Shown: piece by piece, positions 1 through 13,000 of the stretch
Layout of the letters: each line of letters starts with the position of its first letter
How positions within the stretch are numbered: position 1 is the first letter of the stretch
Notes under the pieces: model-generated
What the model was told of the DNA's origin: nothing
What the model saw: the letters and a program-made list of their open reading frames with translations, nothing else
The model's database searches: none
Made by a program: the position numbers and the translations under genes
Assembly: GCA_028534125.1 (NCBI GenBank)
Contig: CM052818.1
Location: forward strand, 22,694,001-22,758,000
DNA length: 64,000 bases
Source: Lama glama
Lineage: Eukaryota
Reading direction: 5' to 3'

Positions 1-174
1 TTGTTTAGTCTAATTCTATCCTGAAAAGCTAAGTAAATAATACACAGAATATAGTTCCTAAAACAGAAGAGACACTACCCAGTGAAGATTCATAAAAAAA
101 AGTGAAAAGACATAGAAGTTTGACATAATTGGCTTATTGTCTATCAACTAAGATAAAAACTTGAAGAGTAAGAC

Positions 175-435
175 ATACAAGAGAACATACTCTAATTCCA
201 TTTATAAGAATTTTGAGAAAAGTAACTAAATTAACTGATGATGAGAGAAACAGAATAATGACTACATGAGAGGGGGGAATCACCGACTGGAAAGGCGCAT
301 AAGGGAAATTTGCTCTTCATCTAGATCTAGGTGGTGGTTATATGGATGCATACGTATATAAAAATTTATAAGCTATGACCTAACTGTACTTAACATACTT
401 TATTATATATATATACCTCAACTAAAAAAAAAAGA
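175..435 (+). mobile_element. Old L1 3' end (L1M type)
   Basis: L1 3' UTR motifs (attccatttata, gatctaggtggtggttat, tacctcaa) followed by an A run. Confidence 0.65.
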
Positions 436-644
436 TAAAGAACTTAAAAACTGAAAGTCCTCCCTTCAGATAAATGCTTTGCAAAGAGACCATCTTTTCA
501 GTAGAGATACAGATATACATGACAAGATCCACTCAAATCTAAATTTTAAAAATTATAAGAACTCAGCACAAGCTGTTCTCTCTGCCAAATAGTGGTGAAG
601 GTGTTGTCACATTTCATCTCATTTAAAACAGATGGAGATGACAA

Positions 645-1085
645 ACAGAAGTATTTTAGGAAAAAGACTGACAATGAAATCTTGGCAGTGGAACTCTCAT
701 CTTTTGTTCATTAAGCAGAATCACACTATTGTAGATTGGTCTATTGTTCAGTAAATATTCACTCCCTCCCCTGAACCTCCATAGGAGAGTATTCTTCCAT
801 TCCCTTGAGATTGGGTCTGGCCACGTGATTTGTGTGACCAACTGGATGCTAAGATGTGTGACATAACAGAGCCTTGACATGAGTTTATGCATTTGGACTT
901 GTGCTAGTGGCTTTTATCAATAGAGGATGAGACATACATGGACCAGATCTGGACCCAACCTACAGCTTCACACCTAAACCAGCCCAGTGTAGTTTAGCAG
1001 AATCCTGGACAATCTGTAGAGGAATGCACAAGAAATGAATGCTTGTTGTTATAAGCCAATGAAATTCTGGGCAGTGTAATAGATA
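645..1085 (+). mobile_element. MaLR (MLT1-type) LTR remnant
   Basis: MLT1-like segments ggccacgtgatttg and aataaat-like gaaatgaatgcttgttgttataagcca...gataca end. Confidence 0.55.
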
Positions 1086-1126
1086 CAGTGTTTTCCCCTT
1101 TAAGAATTAAGAACTTTTTCACCAGT

Positions 1127-1427
1127 GCTAGAAGTGCTGTGAGATGACAGCCTTCAGCTGTTGCTCCTCTTGGAATCATCTCAGTTTAAGAAATATTCAT
1201 CACCCAAGGTCTGTCCTCTTCCTGGGGCAGCCTGCATCCAATGACGCAGCAGTGTAAAGGCTGAGGTCTTCATTCACACTGTGTCACAGCCCACCTTCTC
1301 CCTCTGTTCAATCCTGCCTCCTTCCTTTCTCTTCCACAGGTATTGATCCAAAGGGTACTCCTTAATAAATTTCCAGGATGCTAATCTCCATCTCAAAACC
1401 TGTTTCCCAAGAACCCAACTTGTAACA
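1127..1427 (+). mobile_element. ERVL LTR16-like solo LTR
   Basis: 3' end aataaat...ctaatctccatctcaaaacctgtttcccaagaacccaacttgtaaca resembles the recalled LTR16 terminus. Confidence 0.6.
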
Positions 1428-2184
1428 TGTAGCATTATTTTGGCAACTGCTGATACCCATATATATTCAATACTAACTACTGATTTGCTCAAGTTAGGAT
1501 TTTACAAAAACTTTACATATGTAAGTCCAGAACAAATTACAGCATTCAGAACATCAAATCTATTTTTAAATTAATGAGCATATTTTTATTTTCAAACAGA
1601 AATATAAATTCTTATGAATAAACCTCAAACCATGATCATGGCAAAAAATTTTATATGTGACAAGTATGCCACCCATTGTAAGTTTTTGCTTCAATGCATA
1701 GTACTCAAAACAAAATGCCTCATTCATAATCAGATCTGTTAAGACTTAGTTGTCATTCATGGAAATCAATCTACAAGACAACCAGAGCCATGTTCTTACG
1801 TGTACTCATTCCTTTCCATTACTATCATAAGAAAACTACAGGGGCGGCAGACAACAGTAACCACATGGCCCTAAATGTCATTACAAACTTACCATGAGCA
1901 TAACTGTGGGCTCCTGCCCTCGCCCCCGGCCGTGATTCTAGACACAAGCCAAATATATGATACAACTGTGTGAAGACACCAGTGAACAAGCTGCACTGCA
2001 AGATAACTGAGGAAGAGGAAGCAGGAGAGGTGAGCTTCCACGCTGACCGTGAGGGCGTTTTCTAGACTGCTACAAGAGAGAACGGATCAAACGGAGAGTG
2101 CCTTGTACAAGGCTGAGGTGAAAGTGGGTAAGACGGGGGAGCAAAATCCTAGGGAGGATTATATTCCTGGCCCTGAAGGAAATC

Positions 2185-3320
2185 ACAGCATATTAAAATA
2201 ACTGGCATCATACATATTCTCTGACCACAACTCACAAAGCAATTAAGATAAATTTATGAACCTCATTTCCTTGGAAATTAACCCAAAATCAAATGTAAAA
2301 CTATAAAGTAAATTAGGAAACATTTAGAATCAAATAATAATGAATACTACATATCAAAATATGTAAGATATAGGGGAACATTTATAATCTTAGATACTAA
2401 TAACAGAAAAGTAGATAAATGAAAATAATGGGCTAAAAACTGGTCTTACAATTCTGGAACAGGAATATCAGGGTAAAGCCAAAGAAAAGTAGAAGGAAAA
2501 AAATGAAGAGCAAAGATACATTAAAAAGAAAGCAAACATACACTAAAGAAAATCAGCTAAAGTAAAATCTCATTTTTTAGACAATAAAAGAGAAGTGTTG
2601 GGCAAAACTATCAAGAAAAAATGAGAAATGACACATATAAACAATAACAGGAATGAAATGCTACTTATAACCATAGGCACACAAAATTTCTCTAAAAATT
2701 ACTATGAAAAATTATGTTGATAAATTTGAAAACCTAAAAGAAAAATGGAAAATCTTCAGACATAACTGACCAAAAGGGACTTTTGAATAAAAACTTATTC
2801 TAATTATTAATAGAATAACAACCACAACCCAAATGGAGGGACATTCTATAAAGTAAATGGCCCATCCTCTTCAAAATGCCAGTCACAAGAGACAGAAAGA
2901 ATGAAGAACTGTTCAGGATTGAAGGAAATTAAAGATGTGACAACTAAATGCAGCAGTGATTCTAACGTAGATCTTAAATCAGAAAAAGAAGTTTTTCTCT
3001 TATCATAAAGGATATTACTGAGACACCCAGCAAATGTGATTAAAGCCTCTTGATTAGATAACAGTACTATAGTAATATTCATTTCCTAAATCTGACAATT
3101 ATACTGTGGCTATGTGAGAAAATACCCTTGTTCTTTTAGGAAATACTTAGCAATAAAGGGACGTCCATTCTGTAACTTACTCTCAAGTTGTCAGGAATAA
3201 TAATAATATGTATATAGGGAAAGAATGATAAAAGAAATGTGGTAAATGGGCAGTCTCGGTGAAGGGAATACAGGAAGTCTTATTTTTGTATTATCTCTAA
3301 ATACAAAAATAACAAATTTT
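2185..3320 (+). mobile_element. Degenerate L1 ORF2 remnant plus L1MC-type 3' end
   Basis: ttctctgaccacaa and tgaatactacatatcaaaat (ORF2 endonuclease region); agggacattcta...gactaaatgca-like L1MC 3' UTR from about 2830. Confidence 0.65.
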
Positions 3321-4110
3321 TAAAAATTTTAACTGCAAGCCTTAACTCAAATTTGTAAATCCCAATCTCTTCACCATTAATCTTAGACAAAGAAGTTACA
3401 AGAATATTCATTGTATTTCCCCATAGTTTAATTCTACAGTTATTTTCTAATGTTTCTTACATTAGTGTCAAATGCACGGGAGAAAAAGTAAAGTAAAAGG
3501 TGACATATATCCCAAACAAAAAACAAAAACAAATTGATGCTTAAATTAAAGAGATGGACAAATAGACCTTAACACATATGAACAATTCCCTTAGGATAGT
3601 TTGTAATGTCTCTAAGTTTATTTAATATAATTTTAAAGTTCTCTGCAGTAGATCATCAGGCAAAAAGGAAACATGTCTAAGGAAGAAGGAAGGGACATTT
3701 CATGTTTCACTTTTTTTTTTTTTTTTACTGCAGTGGTAGTCCATTAGTTCAAATTCTAATTTTACAGTCTAGGAAACATGGATAATACTCATAAGTTTTA
3801 GCAAACTGTGCTTTAAAAAACTACAGGAATTCTCATATAATCAATTTTATATTCATTTTGAAGACCAGATTTCTGATGTAAGTTGATGCCTAAAATGTTA
3901 ATCAAAAGATTTATATATTCTGTTGAGTACAATTTCTTTAAATGATGTAATGACGATGATTTCTGAAATATTCTCAATTCCCAGTACCCTCAAAGCCCTA
4001 AATGAAATGTCTGATGTGAACAGGACTCACAAAAAGGATGAAATGCATGGTCAACAGCTAGCATTTTTACAAAGAAATAGTATCTGAAGAATAAAACTAT
4101 CACTGGTTAA

Positions 4111-4247
4111 TACACAGGGTCCTGGGTTCAATTCCCAGTACCTCCATCAAAAATAAACAAACAAACAAACCTAATTACCTCCCCACCACTAAAAAAAAAA
4201 AAAAAAAAAGTAAAAATCAAAAAATTAGAAGTAATCTTTAAAAGAAA
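4111..4247 (+). mobile_element. 5'-truncated tRNA-derived SINE (Vic-1-like)
   Basis: B-box ggtcctgggttcaattcccagtacctcc, AAAC run, cctaattacctcccc and A tail; degenerate 18-nt TSD at 4093-4110 and 4248-4265. Confidence 0.85.
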
Positions 4248-7200
4248 AAAACTATTGTTGGTTAAATCAACTTTCTCTTATCAGAAAAATAAGTTACTTA
4301 TTTTTCAAAGTATTTTTTAATGGGAAAATTTTTATCCTGAAAATTATAGCTTGTTTTAAGGGGATCCTTAAATCGTATAGTGATTTCCTTGTAACAATTA
4401 TATTAAAATATATGGTTAACCATAGCCTAATGACCATAGTCAAACTTGATAATCTACTACAATGACAGTAAATACGGCATGATAAAAATCCCTTTTTAAA
4501 CAATCAATAATACTATAAAAAAAAGTAAGAAAATGTATAAGACTCAATAAAGATTGAGGGGGATGCATCATCAGCTAAACAATAACATTATTTATTGAGC
4601 TCTTATGTTGTGCCTGACCCTGTTCTAAATGATCTACAAATATTACCTTGTTTAATCCTCAAGTTGATGCCACATGGTAACTCAGAGACAAGCTTTTCTG
4701 GAGGCTGGAAGAGGACACTGAGGCACCGCCTGCTTTCTCTCCTAGTGAGGGTGGGCCCACAAGATCCAGGAGAGCCTAGTGTTCGTAAACATTACTTTAA
4801 CTGAAGGGACATAAACTGCTGAATGCAGTTTCTTTTGGAATACTGATAGAAGCTCAGAAAGACTTGTGCCATAGCAATAAATCAGTTGTCTTCCACCCAA
4901 CCTGGACATCCAATGGCACAGTGAGCTCTACACCCCTCAGAGAAGTCAAATTCATAGAGACATAAAGTAGAATGGTGGTTTCCAAGGGCTAGGAACCGTT
5001 TTAAAAATCTAAGTTTTTACCCTAAATGCAATTAAAAGCCATTAAAAGGATTTAAGATAGAAGACAGCAAAATCAAAGTTGCATTTCAAAAAGATCAGGC
5101 ATAATATAGAAATTGGAGAGGCTCCAGCATGCAATTTCCTCCCTACTAAATCAACATAGCCCGACCTTTCTCAGAACCAGACTTGGCATCAGGAAACCTA
5201 AGTTTCTAGTCTTATATGTTACTTAACCATTAGCTCTAATACAGTCTATCCTACAAGATTTCTAAGGTGGCAAAAAACTTGAAAAGTTTAAGCAAGAATC
5301 CTACCTTCCAACTTGCTTTAGTCCTCAAAGTCCAGATAAAAGAGAAATACAGTAGCTATGCAACTACCATTTCTCCAAGACAGAGGCTCTGCTCCAGCAA
5401 CAGCACAAACAGGAAGGAACAGGCTAGACCGGCCACCAACTACTACTTACTAACCACCCCAGGGTTTACTTTATTCCAGGGGATTTTGTGTACACAATGC
5501 TGGGGGAGTGAGGGGGCGAGTATCCATAGGGATCATTGTAAACTGATCTTTTTTCTTTGCACATTGTACTAAGCATACTTTACATTTTAATGAAATGAGG
5601 GTGACATCTATGAAGCCTCCATGGCTTCAATGCTTTTTAACTTATAAATCTTATCACATGTCTTAGACAAGTCGTGTTTGAAATTCACGGCCCAGCCATG
5701 TATATATATCAGATCTCAAAATGAGGAAGTTGGATCTAGTAATCCTGCATGCAGCTTAATTATTTGCCCCCAAAATATTACTGGGGATTTGACAAGTGGC
5801 ATAAATTGTCTTAGACAAACAGATGTGTTGGGTTAGGAGGGCTGAAGGCTGACTGAGGTCCTCGCAGGAAAAGCCACAAAGGAAGTCACCTAGAACGAGC
5901 TATGAATGAGCTACCCAGCAGTTCCACAACCCTGCCCTCTCTGCGGTCTCCAGGTCCATGGTCTGGTCACCTGATAAAGGTACTAACCTGCTCTATAAAG
6001 GCCTGTAAACACTGAAAGAAAAGTAAGAACCTGACTCTCCAAATTCAACTCAAAGATGAATCCATTTTCATCTAATGGAACAAAACAATTTATCAGTCTT
6101 TCATATGTTCTTTTTGGAAAACAATCTGCAAAACTTGCATTACCAACATATTATTAATTTTGACCACTCCCATTCATTTTATAGAAATGCCTCAAGATCT
6201 TATATTTTAACACCAAAGTAGAAGGCATGATACCACTTGGCAAACAGGATGAAAGCTGCAGGTCATGGTATCTGAAATAACAAACGGCAATGACTTCTTC
6301 TTGCTTTCAAGACTTCTAAAAGATATCCATTTTTATAACTGAAAATAATATAATCTCAACATAGGAACATACAGAAAGAGTACAAGTGAAGGTTAACCTA
6401 GAGTAGTTAGTGCAGAAAACCAAGGCACGTAAATGTTGCAGACAAAAGAACAGACTTTTCAGTGCTGCCTGATCCAAGACAGACAACAATGATGTTTAAA
6501 CCCAAGCCATTCTAACAAGAACAAAACAGAAGAGGTAATCTGGTAGAAAGAATGCCTCAGTAGGAGTCAAGACCCAAATCCTGTCTCTGAAACCAGCTGT
6601 ACAAATAAGACAAAACACAGTTTCCTAAGCCTCTGAGTATACTTTTGTTTAAAAACATTACAATATAATAAATAATTTAAGATAATAATGTAGTTTAAAA
6701 GTGACCTCCAAATTGCTAAATCCTAAAGGAACTGAAACAGAAGAGATGAAAACACTGGAGGGTGTGAAAGCACCTGCCTAGAAGGAGCAAAACAGGCAAG
6801 CATCACAAAAGACACACACACACAATAATATTTAAACTAATTAAGATATACAGATTGTATCCCCTTTAAAATGAACTTCACTGACAAAAAAAAACTGACT
6901 CTTGAAACTCTGCCCTCTACCAAAAGAAATTCTTCCACTGTCCCGCCAGTCACCAGCAGTGGGAAGTGAAGAGTCGCTGGAGCTGCAAATCAAGAGCCCA
7001 CACACCTGCTTCACCTGTCAGACCCATCTTCGGGCAAATCAGCCCCAACTGCCACAAGAGCTCTATCCCATCTCAGGAACGGGCTTTCCACTCTTGCTCC
7101 TCAGTGTAGAGGAAATCTGCTGGACTACAACAGGGAGAGCATGCCCTGTTATAATCTGGGAAGCATTATCTGCTAAGAACAATGTTAAATCACAAGAGAT

Positions 7201-7394
7201 TGGCTACATAAGTAATAGCCTATCTACACAAGGCAAGATCAGGCAACATTATAGGAAAAAAAAAACAAAAACAAAACTGCACAATTCTTAAAATGATATG
7301 AGGAAGTGTTTACATATATTGTTAGGGAACACATTGGGTGGAGGGGAGGCAAAGTACAAAACTCTGTTTTAAATGATAACTATATGTTAAAAAT

Positions 7395-8470
7395 AAATTT
7401 CACATGGGATTTGTCTTACCAGCTATCAAAATTTATTATAATGTCGTGCTTTTGCACGTACAAATAAATCAATGAAACAGAAGAGAACAGATTAAGAATC
7501 CTAAGCACATCTAGGACGTTGAAATAAAATAGATTACAAAATCATGAGGAAACAACAAACTCAATAAAAGATGTTCGGGTAATTTTCCCTATAGACAAAA
7601 ACAAAATTAGACCTCCATCTTACTCCATTCTTAAAAATACAAATTAAAATGAGGTGGCATCAGGTTACTAAAAAAATTTTGGTCTGAAAATAACAAGTTT
7701 CGAAGACAATGTAATGAAATGAATGAAAAAAGGTGAACAGTCCTTAACGGCTTGTGGGATTATAAATTTCTAGTATGCTGTGCAGAATAATTTGGCTGCA
7801 TGTGGTCAAACTGAAAATGAGCACTATCCTATGAATCACGATGAATAATTATTCCAATTCTAGTTATAGCCTAGAAAGCTTGCACACATGCTCACAAAGG
7901 ACATGTGTTAGAATTTTCAATGCAGCATTATGGGTAACAGCAAAAGAAACACATTTTTTAAAGCACTCCAGATGTTCATTGGTAAAATACACAAATAATG
8001 CGGTGTAGCATTCTATGAAAGAATATAACAATATTACCAAGTAGTTAAAACAAGTGACCAGCGAACTAGGTACTATTTATTAACATAGCTACATCTCACT
8101 AATAAGCAAATAGCAAAATGTTAGAGAGTAAATTTAAACACATGTAAAACAATGTTTATGTTGTTTTTGGATACACAAATACATAGTAAAACTAAAAAAC
8201 ACAGACTGGCTGCATAGCAGATTTGTTCCAGCGGCTGCCCTTGCTGTGGACAGGGATGATCAGGGTCAGAGGTACAGACAGAGGATGGGGAACAGGACTG
8301 GGGAGAATACTAGAGACTTTAATAGTAATATAACGGTTGAGAATCTGTTTAACCCAAAGAACGAAAATATTAACACTTGCTTCAGGTGGCATGATGTGGA
8401 GTTTTACTGCATTATCCTCTGTACTATTATGTAACTTGCTAGTATTATTGTTCACAATGCACAAAAAGTG
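7395..8470 (+). mobile_element. Highly degenerate L1 (L1ME type) 3' region
   Basis: Scattered L1 ORF2-end/3' UTR motifs: caatgaaacagaa, aaattagacc, caatgcagcatta. Confidence 0.5.
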
Positions 8471-9124
8471 GCTGAAAGGAAACAACAAACTGGTTAGAAT
8501 ATGCCACTCTGGGTTATAAAAACAAAACTATTTTTGGCTGCTGCTGCACTTTATTTTTCAATTTTTTCATAATAAGTGTACATTAGTTTAAGAATTGGGG
8601 GAAAAATCTTTTGAACAGGAAAAAATACACAGGTAGTGATTAGATTCCATATAGTTTTGGTTCACATAAATATCTGTTGACAGGATTTAAGGCTGTTACA
8701 ACATGACACACGTACTCTTGCTTCTTTGGGACTCTAAAAGTCCTCAAAAGCCAAAATAAAAACCTATTTTGAAATCCCAAAACTTTTATACAAAATATCA
8801 ATGTACCAATGAAGAGGACAAAAGTTGCTTCTATAAACAACATTCTGGTCTTTGTGGAAGGACAGAGAAAAGGGTTCCCTAATGGCTATAGACTATTAAT
8901 GCTTTCATCATTATCTATAATTGTACAAAAATACAAGAAAGCATCACAAGAAATAAATTCAGTGTGTATTCCAGTACTACTTTTTCCATTATCATGATAA
9001 ATAGTTTGTGGAAAGCTTTTCAAATTGGAATATAATGAGAAAGTAATAAAGCCTATCATTGTATTCCATTCCATCAGAAAACAAAACGGGAACTTTTATT
9101 ATATGTAAAGAATATCAGTCAAAC

Positions 9125-9225
9125 AACTTAACCTTGCCAAACCTCAGTTTTCTCACCTGTAAAATGAGCATCCTACCATGCCTCTCTCAAAGGGAGTGGC
9201 AATTGAGTACAGTAAGGAACTTCCA
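9125..9225 (+). mobile_element. MIR fragment
   Basis: MIR core cctcagttttctcacctgtaaaatgag. Confidence 0.65.
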
Positions 9226-9882
9226 TAGGCAAAAACCTGGTCTACTTTGCTGGAGGGTGCAGTGAAAGAAGCAAGAGCCAAGCCTGATGCCTGGCCATAG
9301 CAGGCTCCAGTGGTATATTAAACCGAATGTGGGGAGCCTCATTTGATCATCAAGGGAAAAAAGGAAATAGTCTTAGAAGATAGCAATCATAATGTAATGA
9401 AATACTTTAAGAAAACAGAACCTCTTTGTGATGAACACAAAACTTTACATATTGATAGTGAAAAATGACAACAGAATAATTCCTTATAGCAATGGTTTCA
9501 AGAGATGGTCACTTTCACTTAACAAAACTGTAAAGCACTGGGCATGATCTACAAATATTTAAGTACACATATCTAATACACTAAAAGAGAACAAAAGTGG
9601 AAACAGATGAAAGTTGAACTGTTTTCCCCAAATTATTATTTTTTTTTACCATTTTGTATCTACTTCATGAACAGTTATTCTTACTTGTTCTAGCTCACAA
9701 ACATGAGAGGTGACTTAGGAATGAGACACCCCAGTTAACCAATCAGCCAAGCAAAATCAACCCAACAGTTAGCAGGGCTAAGAGCCAGAAAGCTCTCACA
9801 TCTACAGCACTGTCATACTGGTTTTTATATTAAACGAACAGCAGAGGAAATAATAACCCCCAAACTTCAAAAAGCACCTTAC

Positions 9883-9982
9883 CAGAGTGATGTCTCGAGA
9901 AGCTGCAGCTGCACTCATATGCAAACTAGGCTGCCTTACAGAACTGCTGCAATCAAGGGCTCGAGCGAATGTCCCAACAGCA
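9883..9982 (-). CDS. MTA3: MTA3 coding exon (probably exon 8), 100 nt, phase 2 to 0; ELM2
   Basis: Acceptor cttttatggtttatccag|T, donor CTG|gtaagg; encodes [33 protein letters not shown]. Confidence 0.98.
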
Positions 9983-10040
9983 CTGGATAAACCATAAAAG
10001 CAAACAGGAAAGAGTAAGGTGCTGCTATTTTTTTAATCTT

Positions 10041-10092
<52 letters not shown>

Positions 10093-13000
10093 TTAGGTAG
10101 CAAATGAAAAACTGTAAAAGTCAAACAAGTTCATTCGAATGTGTAAGAATCAAGTATCAGATTTGACATCCATTAATGAAGACACTGGCTGCACATTGTA
10201 AAATTTTTGTCAGTGATCCTACTGTATGAATCCTCACTAAACATTATTTTTGAGATTTCTCCCTTTGCTACATATAGCCCTGACTGATTTGTTTTAACTG
10301 CTGTATAGATAAAGTATATTCTGTACGATTTAAGACTGACAAGCCAATGTTATACATATGGGTCATTATAATTAAATTAAGAAAAAGTGGCTTGTGTGGC
10401 ATAAAGAATGGAAAGATCCATAATGAAATGCCATGGAGTAAACAATTTGGTATCCAAAAGTGCTCAAAAAGTAAGAAGTAAATTAGATGCAGAGTTTGAC
10501 TATTACTGCACAGCAAGTTCTGACTGCTTTTCTAGCCAAAATTGTGACATTCTAGAAACATTTTTCCTTGAGATGAGATATCATCAGCTGTAGCAACAAG
10601 CTCCTTTGAGGACTCAATCTATACTAGATTTTCATTAAAAAAAAAAAAGAAGAATTACCACAATACTGATTTTCATTTAATGATTTACAAGCTCTTCCCA
10701 TATACTGAGATCCCTAACTTCAAGAAATAAAGCATGAAATGAAGATAAAACTTGCTGCTTTTTGTCTGTATTTTAAACTTGCTAGCTGAGGAAGAGATTT
10801 TTTAAACAGTTTAATTAAAATATAACACATGTGCAAAAAGTACAAATTGTACACCTATCTAGTTATCACAAAGTCAGTGCATCCATGTCACCAACATTCA
10901 GGTCAAAAAACACATCGTGACAGTGCCCTGAAGACTCCTTCTGTAGGGCTGTTTGACCAATGCTTAGCACTCATTGGTTTCTAAAATTTTAACCATTCTG
11001 GTGGGATGTGCAGTAGTACCTGACTGTGGTCTTAATATATATTTAGATTTTTTTTTTAAACAAAAATTTACAAAGACACTAGGTGCACCTCCTTGGTGCT
11101 TCTTATGCTGGCTTCAAGGGGGAAAATACACATATGGTCGTTGGCAATCAGGAAAAGAAAATAACAATACAAATCAAATCTGAAACTGCAATATCTACTA
11201 AATAATCCAAAATCCAGGTAAATTTTCTGAAGTCTCTAGACAGCAGTTCTACCAGTGATTCATTCCTACTCCTGAATCTTCAGTCTCATCTACTCCACTG
11301 GCTGGCTCCTCCTAACAATGTACATCAAGTCTCTTCATCCAATAACTTAGTGGCTAGGCGTGTGGGCTCTGGAGTCTGAATGCCTAGCCACCACCAATGA
11401 CTTCCATGATGACCGGCACCATGAACAGTGAGTACTAAGGATGAACCAAGACCCTTTTTCCCCTTGTATTATGAAAACTGTTCAACAGAAAATTAAGAGG
11501 ATACAGTGAAGACCCTTGTAATCATGTCCAGATGCACCTCATTTTAATATTTTGCCATGTTTGAAGCAATAAGGATATATTGTACAGCACAGGGAAATAC
11601 AGCCATTATTTTGTAATAACTTTAAAGGGAGTACAACCTATAAAAATACTCAATCCCTATGCTGTACACTTGAAACTAATGTAATACTGTAACTTAGCTA
11701 TATTTCAACAAAAATAAATTAATAAATTAAAAAGATAATAATATTCTGCCATGTTTGGTTCATTTTTTTAAGGAAATAAATACTTTTAAAAGTATTTTTA
11801 AAATACTTCCATACCTAGTCCCAGAACTCATATATACATATGTAATATGCATATGCATATATACACCCATTAGTGAAGACACTGGTTGCATACTGTAAAA
11901 TTTTTTTCAGTGATCATACTGTATGGATCCTCACTAAACATTATTTTTGAGATTTCTCCCTTTGCTACATATAGCCCTGACTGATTTGTTTTCATTGCTG
12001 TATAGTAATAACCCATTACTCAGTATATCTCAATTCATTCATCAACTGCTTGCTAATGTACTTTAAGGCTTTTTCAGATTTTTCTATTAAATGCAATGCT
12101 ATGATAATCTTTTTTATTTTCTGCTTTGCAGCAATTCCCACGTGAACATCGTCTACTTTTATAACTGAAAAATAAAAATAAACTTCTGTCTTACTCATTT
12201 TCTCAAGAAAGAGGGTGCAGCGGAGCGGCAAGCAAGTCAGCCAGGCCTCCAGGCTTAGAGCTCTTGAAGGAAAGCCCCACACCTACCAGCAGACCTCACT
12301 CAGCACGGTGCAATGAGAGGGGCACGGTACCAATGACCCTCAAAAATCCCTGTCTAGAGTAAAGGAGATCACCATTTTAATTAAAGATCTGGGATTTCAG
12401 GTGTGGAATTTCTTCTTTATATGTTTCTGTAGTGCTTAAGTTTTTACAAGGGGCATTTCTTATTTTTCTTAATCAGTAAAAATTAATCTTTTCATTTTTA
12501 AAACAGAAACTGATGATAATAAATCGTATTATTTAGTAGTGTGATATAAATTAGGCTTTCTTACATAGTTAGAAAAAGAAAAACACAACCAATGAAAAAA
12601 AGTAGAACACATTGAAGGAAAAACACAAACATTTTCTAGAAATTCCTTTATAAAAAGAAAAGACATCTCTTGACTCAACAGCACCATACTCACCGTGCTA
12701 CAACTAAAAACTGGTCAATCTGTCGATCTGTAAGTGGGCTATTTGGGTCCCAAACTTTCACTTCCAATTTTGACTGCTCCCTCTCATCGGATTCTCCTGT
12801 CCGAGAACAAAGGAAATGGGAGTGTTGTTACTCACAAGGCATATATATTGTCACGTATGACTGATGACTCTGATCACCACAGCATAAAAAATGTAAGGTA
12901 AATGTTCACGGTTTGCATACATCCTTTCAGGCAGTAGATGCAGAACTCTGTAAAGTGAGCTCTGATGATGACACAATCAAACTGACCATTAACATGTTTT

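Noticed and set aside
1..9882. Next MTA3 exon (FHAMDTL...)
   Set aside because: Not found by eye; presumably beyond the left edge.
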